DNA from: Parcubacteria bacterium C7867-004
Lineage (GTDB): Bacteria > Patescibacteriota > Minisyncoccia > Phycocordibacterales > Phycocordibacteraceae
Reading direction: 5' to 3'
DNA length: 64,000 bases
NCBI GenBank assembly: GCA_001189075.1
Contig: LFCN01000006.1
Coordinates: forward strand, 386,041 to 450,040
Both the position numbers and the translations under genes were made by a program. The notes beneath the pieces were generated by a model, which saw only the letters and a list, made by a program, of their open reading frames with translations, was not told the DNA's origin and did not search any database. This document shows positions 9,937-20,409 of the stretch, one piece after another (the stretch's first letter is position 1; every line of letters starts with the position of its first letter).

Positions 9937-9979
9937 GAGTTACAGAAACTTCATGCTTATTCGGCTATAATTTGAGCAT

Positions 9980-10477
9980 ATGACCCTACAAAAGATCACC
10001 CCGAATCTCTGGTTCGCTGACCGGGCGGAAGAGGCTGCGAATTTCTACGCGTCCGTATTCAAGGACTCGAAAGTCGGTACGCCTACCCATTACGACAAGG
10101 CAAGCGCCGAAGTGTCCGGCATGAAGGAGGGAGAGGTGCTCACTGTGCCGTTTACGATAGCGGGCCAGGACTTCCTTGCCCTTAATGGAGGGCCGGTGTT
10201 CCATTTCACTGAAGCGGTTTCGTTCATAATCGACTGCAAGGATCAGGAGGAAGTGGACTACTTCTGGAATGCCCTAACGGCAGACGGCGGGCAAGAGAGC
10301 GTGTGTGGCTGGCTCAAGGATAAGTTCGGCCTTTCCTGGCAGGTCACACCTCGCGTCCTTACGGAGGCCATGATTGAATCTGCTGATTCCCCTACAAAGG
10401 AGCGGGTGATGAAAGCGATGCTCAAGATGAAGAAGATCGACGTCGCGGCTATCGAACGGGCGCGGGACGGAGAATAA
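9980..10477 (+). CDS. VOC/glyoxalase-superfamily protein (PhnB-like, 3-demethylubiquinone-9 3-methyltransferase domain)
   Basis: ITPNLWF...AANFYASVF...GGPVFHF...CGWLKDKFGLSWQV is a typical PhnB-like pattern. Confidence 0.65.
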   Translation: MTLQKITPNLWFADRAEEAANFYASVFKDSKVGTPTHYDKASAEVSGMKEGEVLTVPFTIAGQDFLALNGGPVFHFTEAVSFIIDCKDQEEVDYFWNALTADGGQESVCGWLKDKFGLSWQVTPRVLTEAMIESADSPTKERVMKAMLKMKKIDVAAIERARDGE

Positions 10478-10495
10478 TGTCCCGTTCGTGCTAGG

Positions 10496-11074
10496 GTGAG
10501 CGCAATGGACATAACCTCAGCAGAGTTCGTGAAGGGTGTCGTCGGATCCGACGGCATCCTGTTCGACGGGGTACCACAGGTGGCTTTCATCGGCCGCTCG
10601 AATGTAGGGAAGTCCAGCGTGATCAATTCGCTCGTGAACCGCAACAAGTTGGTGAAGGTCGGGAAGAAGCCGGGAAAGACTACGGAGCTCAACTTCTTCT
10701 CGATAAACGAGCGGCAGGTGTATTTCGTTGATCTTCCGGGATACGGCTATGCGAAGCTCGGTCCTTCTCAGCGAGAAAGCATCGAGAAGCTCATCTCCTG
10801 GTATCTGCTCTATTCAGAGGTGAAGCCGAAGATGGTCGTGCTGATACTAGATATCAAGGCGGGTGTAACGGACTTCGATCAGCAGACGATAGCGATGCTC
10901 AAAGAGCAAGGCCACTCGTTCGTTATCGTTGCGAACAAGATCGACAAGCTGAATCAGAAGGAGCGGTCGTTGCGGATGAGCGAGATTCGGAAGGAAGCGG
11001 GCACGGAGGAGGTAATCGCATACTCAGCGAAAGACAAGAAAGGAGTCGAAGAGCTTCTCGCGGCGATTTCCTAG
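10496..11074 (+). CDS. engB: ribosome biogenesis GTP-binding protein YsxC/EngB
   Basis: AFIGRSNVGKSSVINSL (G1), DLPGYGYAK (G3), NKIDKL (G4). Matches the EngB N-terminal pattern. Confidence 0.85.
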   Translation: MSAMDITSAEFVKGVVGSDGILFDGVPQVAFIGRSNVGKSSVINSLVNRNKLVKVGKKPGKTTELNFFSINERQVYFVDLPGYGYAKLGPSQRESIEKLISWYLLYSEVKPKMVVLILDIKAGVTDFDQQTIAMLKEQGHSFVIVANKIDKLNQKERSLRMSEIRKEAGTEEVIAYSAKDKKGVEELLAAIS

Positions 11075-11127
11075 AGAGACGGGTGCTAGAGCAAATTGCA
11101 AATTTGCGGTAATGTACTCCTATATAT

Positions 11128-12012
11128 ATGAGCTATCAGGTGCTGCTTTTCTATAAATACGTGACGATTAGTGACCCGGAAGCGCTCGCACAGCGCGTAC
11201 GGGAGCTTATCGCTACCCACGGGCTCAAGGGCCGCTGCATCATCGCTGAGGAGGGCATCAATGCCACGTTTGAGGGCGAGACTGAGGCTACGGAATCATT
11301 TGTTGCGGAATTCCTGCAGGATGCACGATTCAAGGACATGAAGGTGAAGCGTAGTGAGGGAGACGGGAAAGCCTTCGGGAAGGCGTACGTAAAAGTACGT
11401 GATGAGATCGTGGGTACGCACTTCGATAAGAAGATCGATCCGCGAGTACGTACGGCTCCGGCGATAACCCCTGAGGAACTTAAGAATTGGTATCAGGAAG
11501 AGAAGGACTTTGTCGTCATCGATATGCGCAACGACTACGAGTTCCAGTCAGGACACTTCAAGGGTTCGGTGAACCCAGGGCTTGGGAACTCGCGCGATCT
11601 GCCGGATGCTCTTCCTGCACTTGAGCAATACAAAGACAAGAAAGTCCTTACGGTCTGCACGGGCGGCATCCGTTGCGAAAAGATGTCGGCATTCCTGCTT
11701 GAGAACGGATTCAGCGATGTCTCGCAGCTCGAGAACGGCATGCACGGATACATGGAGAAGTATCCGGGAGAGGATTTCCTCGGGACGCTCTACACCTTCG
11801 ACAATCGCCTTACGATGGATTTCGGTGGGGAGCGTGAGATTGTTGGCCGGTGCAAGCTTTGTAACGAGAAGACCGAGACCTACGTGAACTGTGGCGATGA
11901 TTTCTGCCACCTGCATTTCCTCGTGTGCGATGCCTGCCAGAAGCCGGAAGGAGCGTTCTGCTCTCCTGCCTGCGAAGAAGCGGTGAAAGCTCGCGGATAT
12001 TCCCATGCCTAA
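11128..12012 (+). CDS. trhO: rhodanese-domain tRNA uridine(34) hydroxylase (UPF0176/YceA family)
   Basis: LLFYKY N-terminus, rhodanese active-site CTGGIRCEK, C-terminal Cys-rich tail. Confidence 0.75.
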   Translation: MSYQVLLFYKYVTISDPEALAQRVRELIATHGLKGRCIIAEEGINATFEGETEATESFVAEFLQDARFKDMKVKRSEGDGKAFGKAYVKVRDEIVGTHFDKKIDPRVRTAPAITPEELKNWYQEEKDFVVIDMRNDYEFQSGHFKGSVNPGLGNSRDLPDALPALEQYKDKKVLTVCTGGIRCEKMSAFLLENGFSDVSQLENGMHGYMEKYPGEDFLGTLYTFDNRLTMDFGGEREIVGRCKLCNEKTETYVNCGDDFCHLHFLVCDACQKPEGAFCSPACEEAVKARGYSHA

Positions 12013-13252
12013 GTCCCAGAACGCGTACGACGTTATCGTCGTCGGGGGAGGGGCCGCGGGAATGATGGCAGCAGCAACTAGTGCTGAACGCGGGAAGCGC
12101 GTACTCCTGCTCGAGAAGAATGCGGAGCTCGGGAAGAAGCTGTCGATATCGGGCGGTGGGCGCTGCAATATAACGAACGCGGAAGATGATGTGAAAGTGC
12201 TCCTCTCTAAGTTCGGGAAGGCCGAGCCATTCTTGTATTCGGCATTCTCAGAGTTCGGGACGCAGGAGACTTTCGCATTCTTCGATCGCCTTGAGTTGCC
12301 GCTTGTCATCCAGAAGAATAAGCGCGCGTTCCCGAAGACCGAGCGCGCCACTGACGTGGTGCGAGTACTTGAAGAGTACCTTGTAGAGAAAGGGGTTGAT
12401 ATCCGTCTCGAACTACCGGTCCAGCGCGTGAACGCACATGACGGAAAGATACGGTCGGTGCAGACCCAAGGATTCGAGTTCACGGCCGATTCGTACATCT
12501 TTGCTACCGGAGGAGTCTCGCATCCGGAAACGGGCTCGACCGGCGACGGCTTCAACTGGCTGCGGGATCTCGGGCATACGGTAGAAGAACCAACTCCGAC
12601 AATCGTTCCTCTAGCGGCTTCCGACAAATGGATCCCGAAACTCAAAGGGAAGACGCTTGAGGATGCGAAGATAACCTTCTTTCAGGATGGAGTACGGAAG
12701 TTCTCACAGAAAGGGAATATTCTGCTTACGCACTTCGGACTTTCAGGCCCCACTATTCTGAATCTCGCAGGGAGAGTACGCGAGCTTCTATACGGAGGAG
12801 AAGTTACTGCAGCGATCGATCTGTTCCCGAGTCTTGATCTGGGCATCCTCGACGCTAAGATCGTCGAACTGTTCGAAGCGAATAAGAACAAGCTCGTGAG
12901 AAACACGCTTCCGGAAATGCTTCCCAATGGCACGACAGATGTACTGCTCTCGCTTGTGCCGAGTCTCGATCCCGATACCAAGGTGCATAGCGTAACGAAG
13001 GAGCAACGTCGCGCGCTCATTGATCTACTGAAAGCACTTCCCGTCTCGATAGATGGACTCATGGGCTATGACCGAGCGGTGGTAGCTGATGGCGGTGTTC
13101 CGCTCGCTGAAGTCGATATGCGCACCATGCGATCGAACAAGGTGGAGAATTTGTTCATCATCGGCGATTTGCTCCATATCAGCCGACCCTCAGGCGGGTA
13201 CTCCCTCCAGCTTTGCTGGACGACGGGGTTCGTTGCGGGAGTGAACACATAG
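12005..13252 (+). CDS. HI0933-family FAD-dependent flavoprotein (YhiN-like)
   Basis: YDVIVVGGGAAGMMAA dinucleotide fold, GGGRCNITN motif of the HI0933 family. Confidence 0.75.
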   Translation: MPKSQNAYDVIVVGGGAAGMMAAATSAERGKRVLLLEKNAELGKKLSISGGGRCNITNAEDDVKVLLSKFGKAEPFLYSAFSEFGTQETFAFFDRLELPLVIQKNKRAFPKTERATDVVRVLEEYLVEKGVDIRLELPVQRVNAHDGKIRSVQTQGFEFTADSYIFATGGVSHPETGSTGDGFNWLRDLGHTVEEPTPTIVPLAASDKWIPKLKGKTLEDAKITFFQDGVRKFSQKGNILLTHFGLSGPTILNLAGRVRELLYGGEVTAAIDLFPSLDLGILDAKIVELFEANKNKLVRNTLPEMLPNGTTDVLLSLVPSLDPDTKVHSVTKEQRRALIDLLKALPVSIDGLMGYDRAVVADGGVPLAEVDMRTMRSNKVENLFIIGDLLHISRPSGGYSLQLCWTTGFVAGVNT

Positions 13253-13287
13253 CGCTACTGCTCTAAATATCGTATAATACCGAAAAC

Positions 13288-14793
13288 GTGGCGCTTAAAC
13301 AGAATACAGAACAAGGAGGACCTCCCCGCGAGGCCCTCGTCCGCTTCGAGAACGTGTCATTCGGATACGGTCACAATCACCCTATTCTGAACGAGGTGGA
13401 TTTCTCGCTGCGTCGCGGAATGAAGGTAACGCTCATGGGCCAGAACGGCGCAGGCAAGTCGACCCTCTTCAGCCTCATCACCGGTGCGCAGAAGACCGAG
13501 GACGGGAAGATTCAGATACCGCGCGGGCTTACTATCGCGCAGTCCTACCAAGTCATCGCCCAGGACGAGCGCGAGCTTACCGTCCGCGCCTTCTTCGAGA
13601 AGCGCTTTACGGATAAGGTCTATGACATCGACCCGAAGATCGCTTCGGTGCTTGAGGTGGTGAATCTTCCGGTAGGTCCTGATCAAGCAAAGTTCCTCGA
13701 GCGTATCATCAAGACGTTCTCTGGCGGACAGCAGGCGCGCCTCCTGCTCGCATCAGCACTCATCCAGGAGCCAGACCTGCTCCTGCTCGACGAGCCGACC
13801 AATAACCTCGATACCGCCGGTATCGAGCATCTTACGAAATTTCTTCAAGGCTACGAAAAGAGCGTGATGGTTATCTCTCATGATGCCGAGTTCTTGAACT
13901 CCTTCACTGAAGGCGTCTTGTACCTCGACGTGCACACGCACAAGATCGAGCAGTATATCGGCAACTACTACGACCTTCTCAAGGAGATCCAGGCTCGCAT
14001 CGAGCGCGAGAACCGCAAGAACGCGCAGCTCGAGAAGAAGATTCAGGACAATAAGGACAAGGCGAACTTCTTCGCGCAGAAGGGAGGCAAGATGCGCGTG
14101 GTTGCGAAGAAGATGCGTGACGAAGTGGAGGAGATGGAGGAGGCGAAGGTTGATGTCCGCAAGGAGGACAAGACCATCCGCCAGTTCGTGATTCCCGCGC
14201 AGCCGGAGATAAACGGCGAGCTCCTTACGATCACCTCGTTCTCAACGATGGATCCTAAGACCCATAAACCAAAGACGAACAAGGCGAACATCGCGCTTAA
14301 GAAGAAGCAGCACCTCCAGCTCAAGGGTCCGAACGGTATCGGAAAGACAACGCTCCTCGAATCCCTCGCGTCGGGAACCGCAGAAGGCGCACAGATCGCA
14401 AAAGGCGTCCGTGTCGGGTACTACCGACAGGACTTCTCGACCCTCGATTTTGAGCGCACAGTGCACGAAGAGTTACTCGCAGCAATGGACAAACCGGAAG
14501 AGGAGCAGATGCGCAAGATCGCGTCCGGGTTCCTCATAATGAATGAGACGATGGGAAAGAAGATCGGTTCGCTCTCCGAAGGTCAGAAAGGTCTCGTCGC
14601 ATTCGCGCGCCTCGTGCTCCTGCGTCCGGGACTCCTCATCCTCGACGAGCCGACCAACCACATCAACTTCCGTCACCTGCCGGTTATTGCCAAAGCACTC
14701 GACCAGTACGAAGGCGCTATGGTGCTCGTCTCCCACGTGCCTGAGTTCGTTGCGCAGATCAGGATCGACGACGTCCTTAATCTGGATAAATAA
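13288..14793 (+). CDS. ABC-F family ATPase (two tandem ABC domains, no TMD)
   Basis: Two Walker A/signature/Walker B sets: GQNGAGKST...FSGGQQARL...LLLDEPTNNLD and GPNGIGKTT...LSEGQKGL...LILDEPTNHI, joined by a charged linker. Confidence 0.8.
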   Translation: MALKQNTEQGGPPREALVRFENVSFGYGHNHPILNEVDFSLRRGMKVTLMGQNGAGKSTLFSLITGAQKTEDGKIQIPRGLTIAQSYQVIAQDERELTVRAFFEKRFTDKVYDIDPKIASVLEVVNLPVGPDQAKFLERIIKTFSGGQQARLLLASALIQEPDLLLLDEPTNNLDTAGIEHLTKFLQGYEKSVMVISHDAEFLNSFTEGVLYLDVHTHKIEQYIGNYYDLLKEIQARIERENRKNAQLEKKIQDNKDKANFFAQKGGKMRVVAKKMRDEVEEMEEAKVDVRKEDKTIRQFVIPAQPEINGELLTITSFSTMDPKTHKPKTNKANIALKKKQHLQLKGPNGIGKTTLLESLASGTAEGAQIAKGVRVGYYRQDFSTLDFERTVHEELLAAMDKPEEEQMRKIASGFLIMNETMGKKIGSLSEGQKGLVAFARLVLLRPGLLILDEPTNHINFRHLPVIAKALDQYEGAMVLVSHVPEFVAQIRIDDVLNLDK

Positions 14794-14812
14794 ATTCAGG
14801 TACACTTACCTG

Positions 14813-15061
14813 ATGGAGAAGCCCTGGTTCGTCTACTTGCTCGAGTGCGTTGACGGGACGCTGTATACGGGTGTGACGACGGATCTTGAGAGGCGAGTTG
14901 AGGAGCACAATTCTTCTATCAAAGGCGCAAAATATACGAAGGTCCGTCGCCCGGTAGTGCTTCGCTACTCGGAGTCATTTGAGAGCCGTAGCGAGGCGCA
15001 GAAGCGCGAATACGAGCTTAAGTCGCTGGATAGGGCAGAGAAACTAAGGCTTTTCTCGTAG
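14813..15061 (+). CDS. GIY-YIG nuclease-superfamily small protein (UPF0213/YhbQ-like)
   Basis: WFVYLLECVDGTLYTGVTTDLERRVEEHN is a GIY-YIG core. Confidence 0.7.
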   Translation: MEKPWFVYLLECVDGTLYTGVTTDLERRVEEHNSSIKGAKYTKVRRPVVLRYSESFESRSEAQKREYELKSLDRAEKLRLFS

Positions 15062-15133
15062 GTCGCGCACTCTCCACCGTTGCGGTCTTCATGAAAGGAG
15101 TACAATAAGGGAGTTACTTAATTAGTTATCTCT

Positions 15134-15565
15134 ATGAGGAATATCCTTATGTGCAATTGTGCGTCTCGGGCTGCGGACCTCGCTCCCTTCCTGCTTCGCG
15201 TCGTAGTCGGCGTCATCTTCGCCGTCCATGGTTATCAGAAGCTCATGATGGGCGTGCCGGGTGTCAGCGGTTTCCTCGGAAGTCTCGGATTCCCGGTTCC
15301 GGACGTCTTCGCGGTACTTCTTATCGCTGCTGAGCTCGTCGGCGGCATCCTGCTCATCCTCGGTCTCTTCACGCACTGGGCTGCGAAGATCCTCGCCTTC
15401 GTCGCTATCGTGGCTCTCGTAACAGTGCACCTGAAGAATGGCTTCTCGCTTGCAACTGGCGGATACGAGTACATCCTGCTCATCTTCGTTGCTTCCGTGT
15501 CGCTCATGATTACGGGACCAGGCAAGTGGTCGCTCGACAGCATGATGAAGAAGCACGCTCAGTAG
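15134..15565 (+). CDS. DoxX-family membrane protein
   Basis: Four predicted TM helices. LLRVVVGVIFAVHGYQKL is a DoxX hallmark. Confidence 0.65.
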   Translation: MRNILMCNCASRAADLAPFLLRVVVGVIFAVHGYQKLMMGVPGVSGFLGSLGFPVPDVFAVLLIAAELVGGILLILGLFTHWAAKILAFVAIVALVTVHLKNGFSLATGGYEYILLIFVASVSLMITGPGKWSLDSMMKKHAQ

Positions 15566-15657
15566 AAATTGCTTCTGTGAGACACGAAGAACGGCTCCTT
15601 AGGGGCCGTTCTTCGTGCATGCTTCATTCGCCTACGGTACTATCGAGCGATACTCAT

Positions 15658-16293
15658 ATGAAAGCAGCCTATGTTCTCATCAGTCTTGCAGCAATCGCGC
15701 TCATCGGAGGAGGTGTGTGGTTCTTCACGCGCTCTGAGAAAGTCGCGACGTGCGCCGAGCTTTCTATGAAGCCGGTTGTGGTTGCATTCGGAGACAGTCT
15801 GGTCGAAGGATACGGCGCGGGAAGCGGCGAGGATTTCGTCTCGGTCCTCTCAAGAGATACCGGCATCCCTATCCAGAATCTGGGGCGTAGTGGCGATACT
15901 ACCGCGACGGGACTGAAGAGAGTCAAAGACGTCGTCGCTCTTAAACCGGATATCGTCATCGTGCTTCTGGGTGGGAATGATGCGCTCCAGCGCATAAATG
16001 TCGCTGAGACCGAGCAGAATCTTACGGAGATACTCCGCACGATCAAGAATTCAGGCGCAACGCCGATACTCGTCGGCGTTATCGGCGGATTCCCAAGCGA
16101 TCCGTTCGCGCCCGTGTTCAAGCGTATAGCCGAGGGCGAGCGCGTTGTCCTCATTCCGAACATCCTCTCAGGACTTATCACGAACAAGTCGCTCATGAGC
16201 GATGCAATCCATCCGAATGCAGCAGGGTATACGAAAGTAGCTGAACGCATACGGCCGGAGCTTGATAAGGCGTGTACTGACTTTGGCGGGTAA
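15658..16293 (+). CDS. SGNH/GDSL hydrolase (TesA-like esterase)
   Basis: N-terminal TM/signal segment, then VVAFGDSLVEGYG (GDSL block I), LLGGNDAL (block III), DAIHPN (block V). Confidence 0.75.
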   Translation: MKAAYVLISLAAIALIGGGVWFFTRSEKVATCAELSMKPVVVAFGDSLVEGYGAGSGEDFVSVLSRDTGIPIQNLGRSGDTTATGLKRVKDVVALKPDIVIVLLGGNDALQRINVAETEQNLTEILRTIKNSGATPILVGVIGGFPSDPFAPVFKRIAEGERVVLIPNILSGLITNKSLMSDAIHPNAAGYTKVAERIRPELDKACTDFGG

Positions 16294-16397
16294 GGTGAAT
16301 GCTTCATGTGCGGGACATTCTCGTAAGTACAGTCTCGGAGTATCGTCTACTCTACTAGCTGTCCTTCCATAATCCGGACAGGAACTAATCTCTGATA

Positions 16398-17099
16398 ATG
16401 AGTACCTTCAAACACGCATTCCGTAGAGTTGCGCTCCTCGCACTCGCAGTAAGTATTCTGTTGCCCGTCCATGCAGAGGCTGCTACCTGGCAAGACTACG
16501 TACGCTCCTATTCGCGTAACCGGAGTGATGAAAGTACGGAAGTTCGACAGACCTCTTCTCGAGAACGGTATTCGAGCAGCATCCAGCGCGCGGTTAACAA
16601 GCTCGATGACGATAAGGTGGAGGATCTCCCGATCCCCGTGATGCTCGGCGTGTCGGTCCCGCAGCTCTCTAAGAACTTCGGGGATCCGCGAGACGGCGGT
16701 GCCCGCACGCATGAAGGACTCGACATTCTGGCTCCGCGCGGAGCATTCGTCGCATCTCCGACTGAGGCGGTCGTGGTGAAGGTGGGTACCGGATCAAGCG
16801 CGGGGAAGTACGTCACTACCGCGAATCCGGGCAAAGAGACCTTTACCTACATGCACCTTGATGACTTCGCAGACGGTATCAAGGCCGGCGTCAAGCTCGC
16901 GCCGGGCGACCTCATCGGATACGTCGGCGATACCGGAAACGCTAAAGGCGGGGTGACGCACCTTCATTTCGAGATACGGAAGAACCGGAAGGCCATGGAT
17001 CCGTACCCGAGGCTTACTCGAGAGTTCACGACCCAGCAGCGCATCGATCTGCTAACGGAAGTGCTCAAAGACCTGCAGGCGGAACTTAAGCGGAAGTAG
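16398..17099 (+). CDS. M23-family metallopeptidase (secreted)
   Basis: Signal peptide ending HAEAA; HEGLD...THLHFE (HxxxD and HxH zinc motifs of peptidase M23). Confidence 0.8.
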   Translation: MSTFKHAFRRVALLALAVSILLPVHAEAATWQDYVRSYSRNRSDESTEVRQTSSRERYSSSIQRAVNKLDDDKVEDLPIPVMLGVSVPQLSKNFGDPRDGGARTHEGLDILAPRGAFVASPTEAVVVKVGTGSSAGKYVTTANPGKETFTYMHLDDFADGIKAGVKLAPGDLIGYVGDTGNAKGGVTHLHFEIRKNRKAMDPYPRLTREFTTQQRIDLLTEVLKDLQAELKRK

Positions 17100-17562
17100 C
17101 GTCGGGCTTTACGCGAGGACGCGTATCATACGCATTCCAGATACCCCGCTCGTGCTCGATGATAACGAGATCAACCGGCTCATCGTGTGGCTGACGAAGG
17201 AGCGCGTCGGCTGAGAAATTCCTGGCTCGCGTGACGCCGATGCGAAGCCAATCGCTCGGAACCTTTGAGAGGAAGCGATCGTACCACCCGCCGCCACGTC
17301 CATGCCGTGTTCCTTGGGTATCAAATGCGGTTCCGGGAATGAGCAGCACTACGCGTTTGCCTGAATATGCTCCTGAGAGCGAATCGGCTATCGCGTACGG
17401 GTCGACGATACCGGCCACCGGAAGCTTCTGTGCACTCGCGCGCAGATGTTCGGGTAGCGGCGCAGTCTTCCATTCCGGTTCACCGGTTATAGGTGCGTAC
17501 GCGATGCACGCATCATAAGACGCAAGGAGTGCTTCGAGAGTTTCTGGTTCTATCGCGGTCAT
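17086..17562 (-). CDS. 5-formyltetrahydrofolate cyclo-ligase family protein
   Basis: GRGGGWYDR motif, characteristic of MTHFS. Confidence 0.7.
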   Translation of the reverse strand: MTAIEPETLEALLASYDACIAYAPITGEPEWKTAPLPEHLRASAQKLPVAGIVDPYAIADSLSGAYSGKRVVLLIPGTAFDTQGTRHGRGGGWYDRFLSKVPSDWLRIGVTRARNFSADALLRQPHDEPVDLVIIEHERGIWNAYDTRPRVKPDATSA

Positions 17563-17569
17563 GGATTGA

Positions 17570-18574
17570 TTATATGCGTTCCATAAGGCTTAAGGCCTTC
17601 CGGTACAGGTTCTCGACGATCTTTTCTTGCGCAGGGCCGTGGCTCACATAATGCGCGAGACCCGGCGAGGAGTTCACCTCGAGCACTACATACGTGCCCG
17701 GTGCTTCCGTTATCGATCCTTCAACCATCATGTCTACGCCACAGAGTTTGAGGCCCATCTCGCGGCTTATAGATACCGCAAGCCTCTTGAAGGCAGGATG
17801 AATAGTTTTAGTTACATCTTCTAGGTCGCCGCCGGACGAAAGGTTAGCGTTGTCACGAAGAAACACTCGTTCGTCCTTGGCAATCACGGAATCAAGCGTA
17901 AGACCGGCTCGCTTGAGTTTCTGGAGGATTGCGGGATCGCGTGCGTCGAGCGATACCTTCCGGCCGGAACGAACGAGTGTTCGCTTCTTTCGATCGATAA
18001 GGATACGCAGAGCGCTCTTCCCGTCTCCGGTAACGGAAACGGGTATGCGTTCATACGCACACATAACCTCTGTATCAAGCACCACGATCCGGTAATCTCT
18101 TCCTGAGACATACTTCTGAACGAGTGCGATGCGATCACGATTAAATACCGCTCGTAGTGCTTTGTTGAGTTCGCTCTTCATGTAAACCAGACGGACATCT
18201 ACTCCTTGGCTCCCGGAGTTGGGCTTTACGATAACGGGGAAGCCGAGTGTTTGTGCATAGTGGTAGGGAGCCTCCAGATCGTAGGGCATCTCAACCATCG
18301 CCGAGAGCTCCTTCGAGTAGAAGGCTTTCCCGGGCACAGTCGGGTATCCTGCTTTAGCGAGGAATAGATTCGCGTAGTCCTTGTCCTTCGCAATCTCGGA
18401 CGCGCCGAGCGTATTGAGGTCGAGGCTGTTGTACTTGAAATAGCCCTTCTTCCCGTTCTTGAAGGCAATCTGTCCGACGATGCCCCAGACAGGTTCGATT
18501 GATACCGTCGCGCCGATTGAGGGCGCGATTTTAGTGAGGAGCGGGCCCAAATATGGCTTTGAGGGCTTCTTCAT
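17570..18574 (-). CDS. ATP-grasp ligase (RimK/cyanophycin-synthetase-like)
   Basis: ATP-grasp blocks: FPVIVKPNSGSQGVDV, ALVQKYVSGRDYRIVVL, VLEVNSSPGL. Start set at MKKPSKPY; the ORF is open further to 18637. Confidence 0.6.
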   Translation of the reverse strand: MKKPSKPYLGPLLTKIAPSIGATVSIEPVWGIVGQIAFKNGKKGYFKYNSLDLNTLGASEIAKDKDYANLFLAKAGYPTVPGKAFYSKELSAMVEMPYDLEAPYHYAQTLGFPVIVKPNSGSQGVDVRLVYMKSELNKALRAVFNRDRIALVQKYVSGRDYRIVVLDTEVMCAYERIPVSVTGDGKSALRILIDRKKRTLVRSGRKVSLDARDPAILQKLKRAGLTLDSVIAKDERVFLRDNANLSSGGDLEDVTKTIHPAFKRLAVSISREMGLKLCGVDMMVEGSITEAPGTYVVLEVNSSPGLAHYVSHGPAQEKIVENLYRKALSLMERI

Positions 18575-18620
18575 ACGTGTGTCTATGCATAGTATAGGAA
18601 CGCTATATACTTTCCATGAT

Positions 18621-18932
18621 ATGGCTTCAGCCTTCACCGAGAAGATCTATGAGCTAACCCGGAAGATCCCGAAGGGCAAGGTAGCGACCTATGGCCAGCT
18701 AGCGGCGCTTGCGGGCAACGCAAAAGCAGCGCGCGCAGTTGGTATGGCAATGCGCACCAATCCGGACATACCGGCGACCCCTTGTCACCGGGTTGTGGCG
18801 TCCGACGGTTCGCTTACCGGCTACAGCGCGGGATACGGCATCCCCTCGAAGAAGAAGATGCTCATCGCTGAGGGAGTTGCGTTCAAGGGCGAGAAAGCGG
18901 ACTTGTCGCTTTCTCAGTGGAAGGGGAAGTAA
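18621..18932 (+). CDS. minimal O6-alkylguanine-DNA alkyltransferase (MGMT C-terminal DNA-binding/active-site domain only)
   Basis: ATYGQLAALAG...PCHRVV (PCHR active-site motif). Only ~100 aa long. Confidence 0.7.
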   Translation: MASAFTEKIYELTRKIPKGKVATYGQLAALAGNAKAARAVGMAMRTNPDIPATPCHRVVASDGSLTGYSAGYGIPSKKKMLIAEGVAFKGEKADLSLSQWKGK

Positions 18933-19826
18933 TTATCCCGCGAGGCCGAGCGAGGTAAGGAAGATCGCAAGTTCTTTCCCTTCGATGACGCGGTAGCCGC
19001 CGTCTTTGATGGGTCCCATCTTCACGTTCATGATGCTGAGGCGCTTCAGATCCGCGACTTCATTGAAGAGTGCTACCACCATGCGTCGTACTTGGTGCGT
19101 CTTTCCTTCGGTTAGCGTCACGCGGAAGCGGTTCTCATCAAGCACCTCGACTTTCGCCGGGCGGGTCACATACCCCTCGATGTTTACGCCCTCTTCCATC
19201 TTCTCCTTGAAGGAAGCGCGCAGCGGCTGCTTCGTGCGCACCTCGTACACTTTCTCGTGCTCGTATTTCGGATTCAGGAGACGATCGGTTACGCGGCCGT
19301 CGTTCGTGAGGATGATGAGGCCGTGCGAGTTCTTATCAAGCCTGCCAACCGGAAAGAGCGAGAGGCGCTTCAGATCGCTTGGGAGGGAATCGAGGACGTT
19401 CATGGTGCCGGTGTCTTCTTGGTGCGTATCGACGCCGGCCGGCTTGTTGAAGGCGATGTAGGCATACGCCTTTGGGCGCACGTTCCCTCGCACTTCGACA
19501 ACGTCAGACTCGGATACTTTGTCGCCGAGAGAAGCAACCCGCTCGTTTATATATACTTTCTTCTTTTCGACGAGGTCGTCTGCATCACGACGCGTTGCAT
19601 GGCCCTTGAGCGCTAGGTACTTATTGATGCGCATCGGGTAGGTCGGGACAGCGTCGGCATTCTCAGTTACTCGTGCGCGTGGCTTAACAATTTTACGCTT
19701 AGGCTTTGCGGCTGGACGAGCTGCCGCTGCTGCGCGGCGTTCAGGGCGCTTCGATCCTGCGCGCTTTATGGGCCCGCGCTTTGCACCTGGTCCGGTTGGC
19801 TTTCTCATACGGTCACAGTAGCGCAT
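18933..19826 (-). CDS. RsuA/RluB-family rRNA pseudouridine synthase with basic N-terminal extension
   Basis: S4 domain (RINKYLA), catalytic PVGRLD and THQVRRM motifs. The N-terminus is Lys/Arg/Ala-rich. Confidence 0.8.
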   Translation of the reverse strand: MRYCDRMRKPTGPGAKRGPIKRAGSKRPERRAAAAARPAAKPKRKIVKPRARVTENADAVPTYPMRINKYLALKGHATRRDADDLVEKKKVYINERVASLGDKVSESDVVEVRGNVRPKAYAYIAFNKPAGVDTHQEDTGTMNVLDSLPSDLKRLSLFPVGRLDKNSHGLIILTNDGRVTDRLLNPKYEHEKVYEVRTKQPLRASFKEKMEEGVNIEGYVTRPAKVEVLDENRFRVTLTEGKTHQVRRMVVALFNEVADLKRLSIMNVKMGPIKDGGYRVIEGKELAIFLTSLGLAG

Positions 19827-19852
19827 CCGGCTTGATTGGTATACTTGCCGGC

Positions 19853-20407
19853 ATGGAAGAGATCGAAGTGAAGGCAGTACTCAAAGATAAGGATGGCGTC
19901 ATAGCAAAGCTTAAGGAGCTCGGCTGCGAATTCGGCTCGGCGGTCGTGCAAGAGGATACGATCTACGCTAAAGAGGTCGGATCACTGAGTACATTCCTTT
20001 CAAACGAGCTATTCCTCAGGCTTCGCGTGCATGACGGCGGAAAGGTCATCTTCACCGCGAAATACCATAAAGATCGGGAGCGTTCGCTCCTCTCGGCTCC
20101 TACCGAGCATGAGGTCGGAGTCGATGATCGGGATACGATGGAACGGATACTCATGCTTCAGGGATATCAGGAAGCGATGCGGGTCAATAAGAAGCGAATG
20201 ACCGGACACTACAAGCAGTGGGAGATCTGCCTCGACGAAGTGGAAGGGCTCGGCTCGTTCATCGAAGTGGAGCAGCTCGCTGATACAAGCGTGTCGGTGA
20301 AGGAGGTCCAGGATGCGATGTACGAGTTCTTGGCAACGCTCGGCATCGAGAAAGAAGAGGGTACCGTCATGCGATACGACATAATGCTTTTAAATAAAAA
20401 TACATAA
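19853..20407 (+). CDS. CYTH-domain protein (class IV adenylyl cyclase / triphosphate tunnel metalloenzyme)
   Basis: EIEVKAVL N-terminus, acidic residues on alternating strands, ~180 aa. Confidence 0.6.
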   Translation: MEEIEVKAVLKDKDGVIAKLKELGCEFGSAVVQEDTIYAKEVGSLSTFLSNELFLRLRVHDGGKVIFTAKYHKDRERSLLSAPTEHEVGVDDRDTMERILMLQGYQEAMRVNKKRMTGHYKQWEICLDEVEGLGSFIEVEQLADTSVSVKEVQDAMYEFLATLGIEKEEGTVMRYDIMLLNKNT

Positions 20408-20409
20408 CT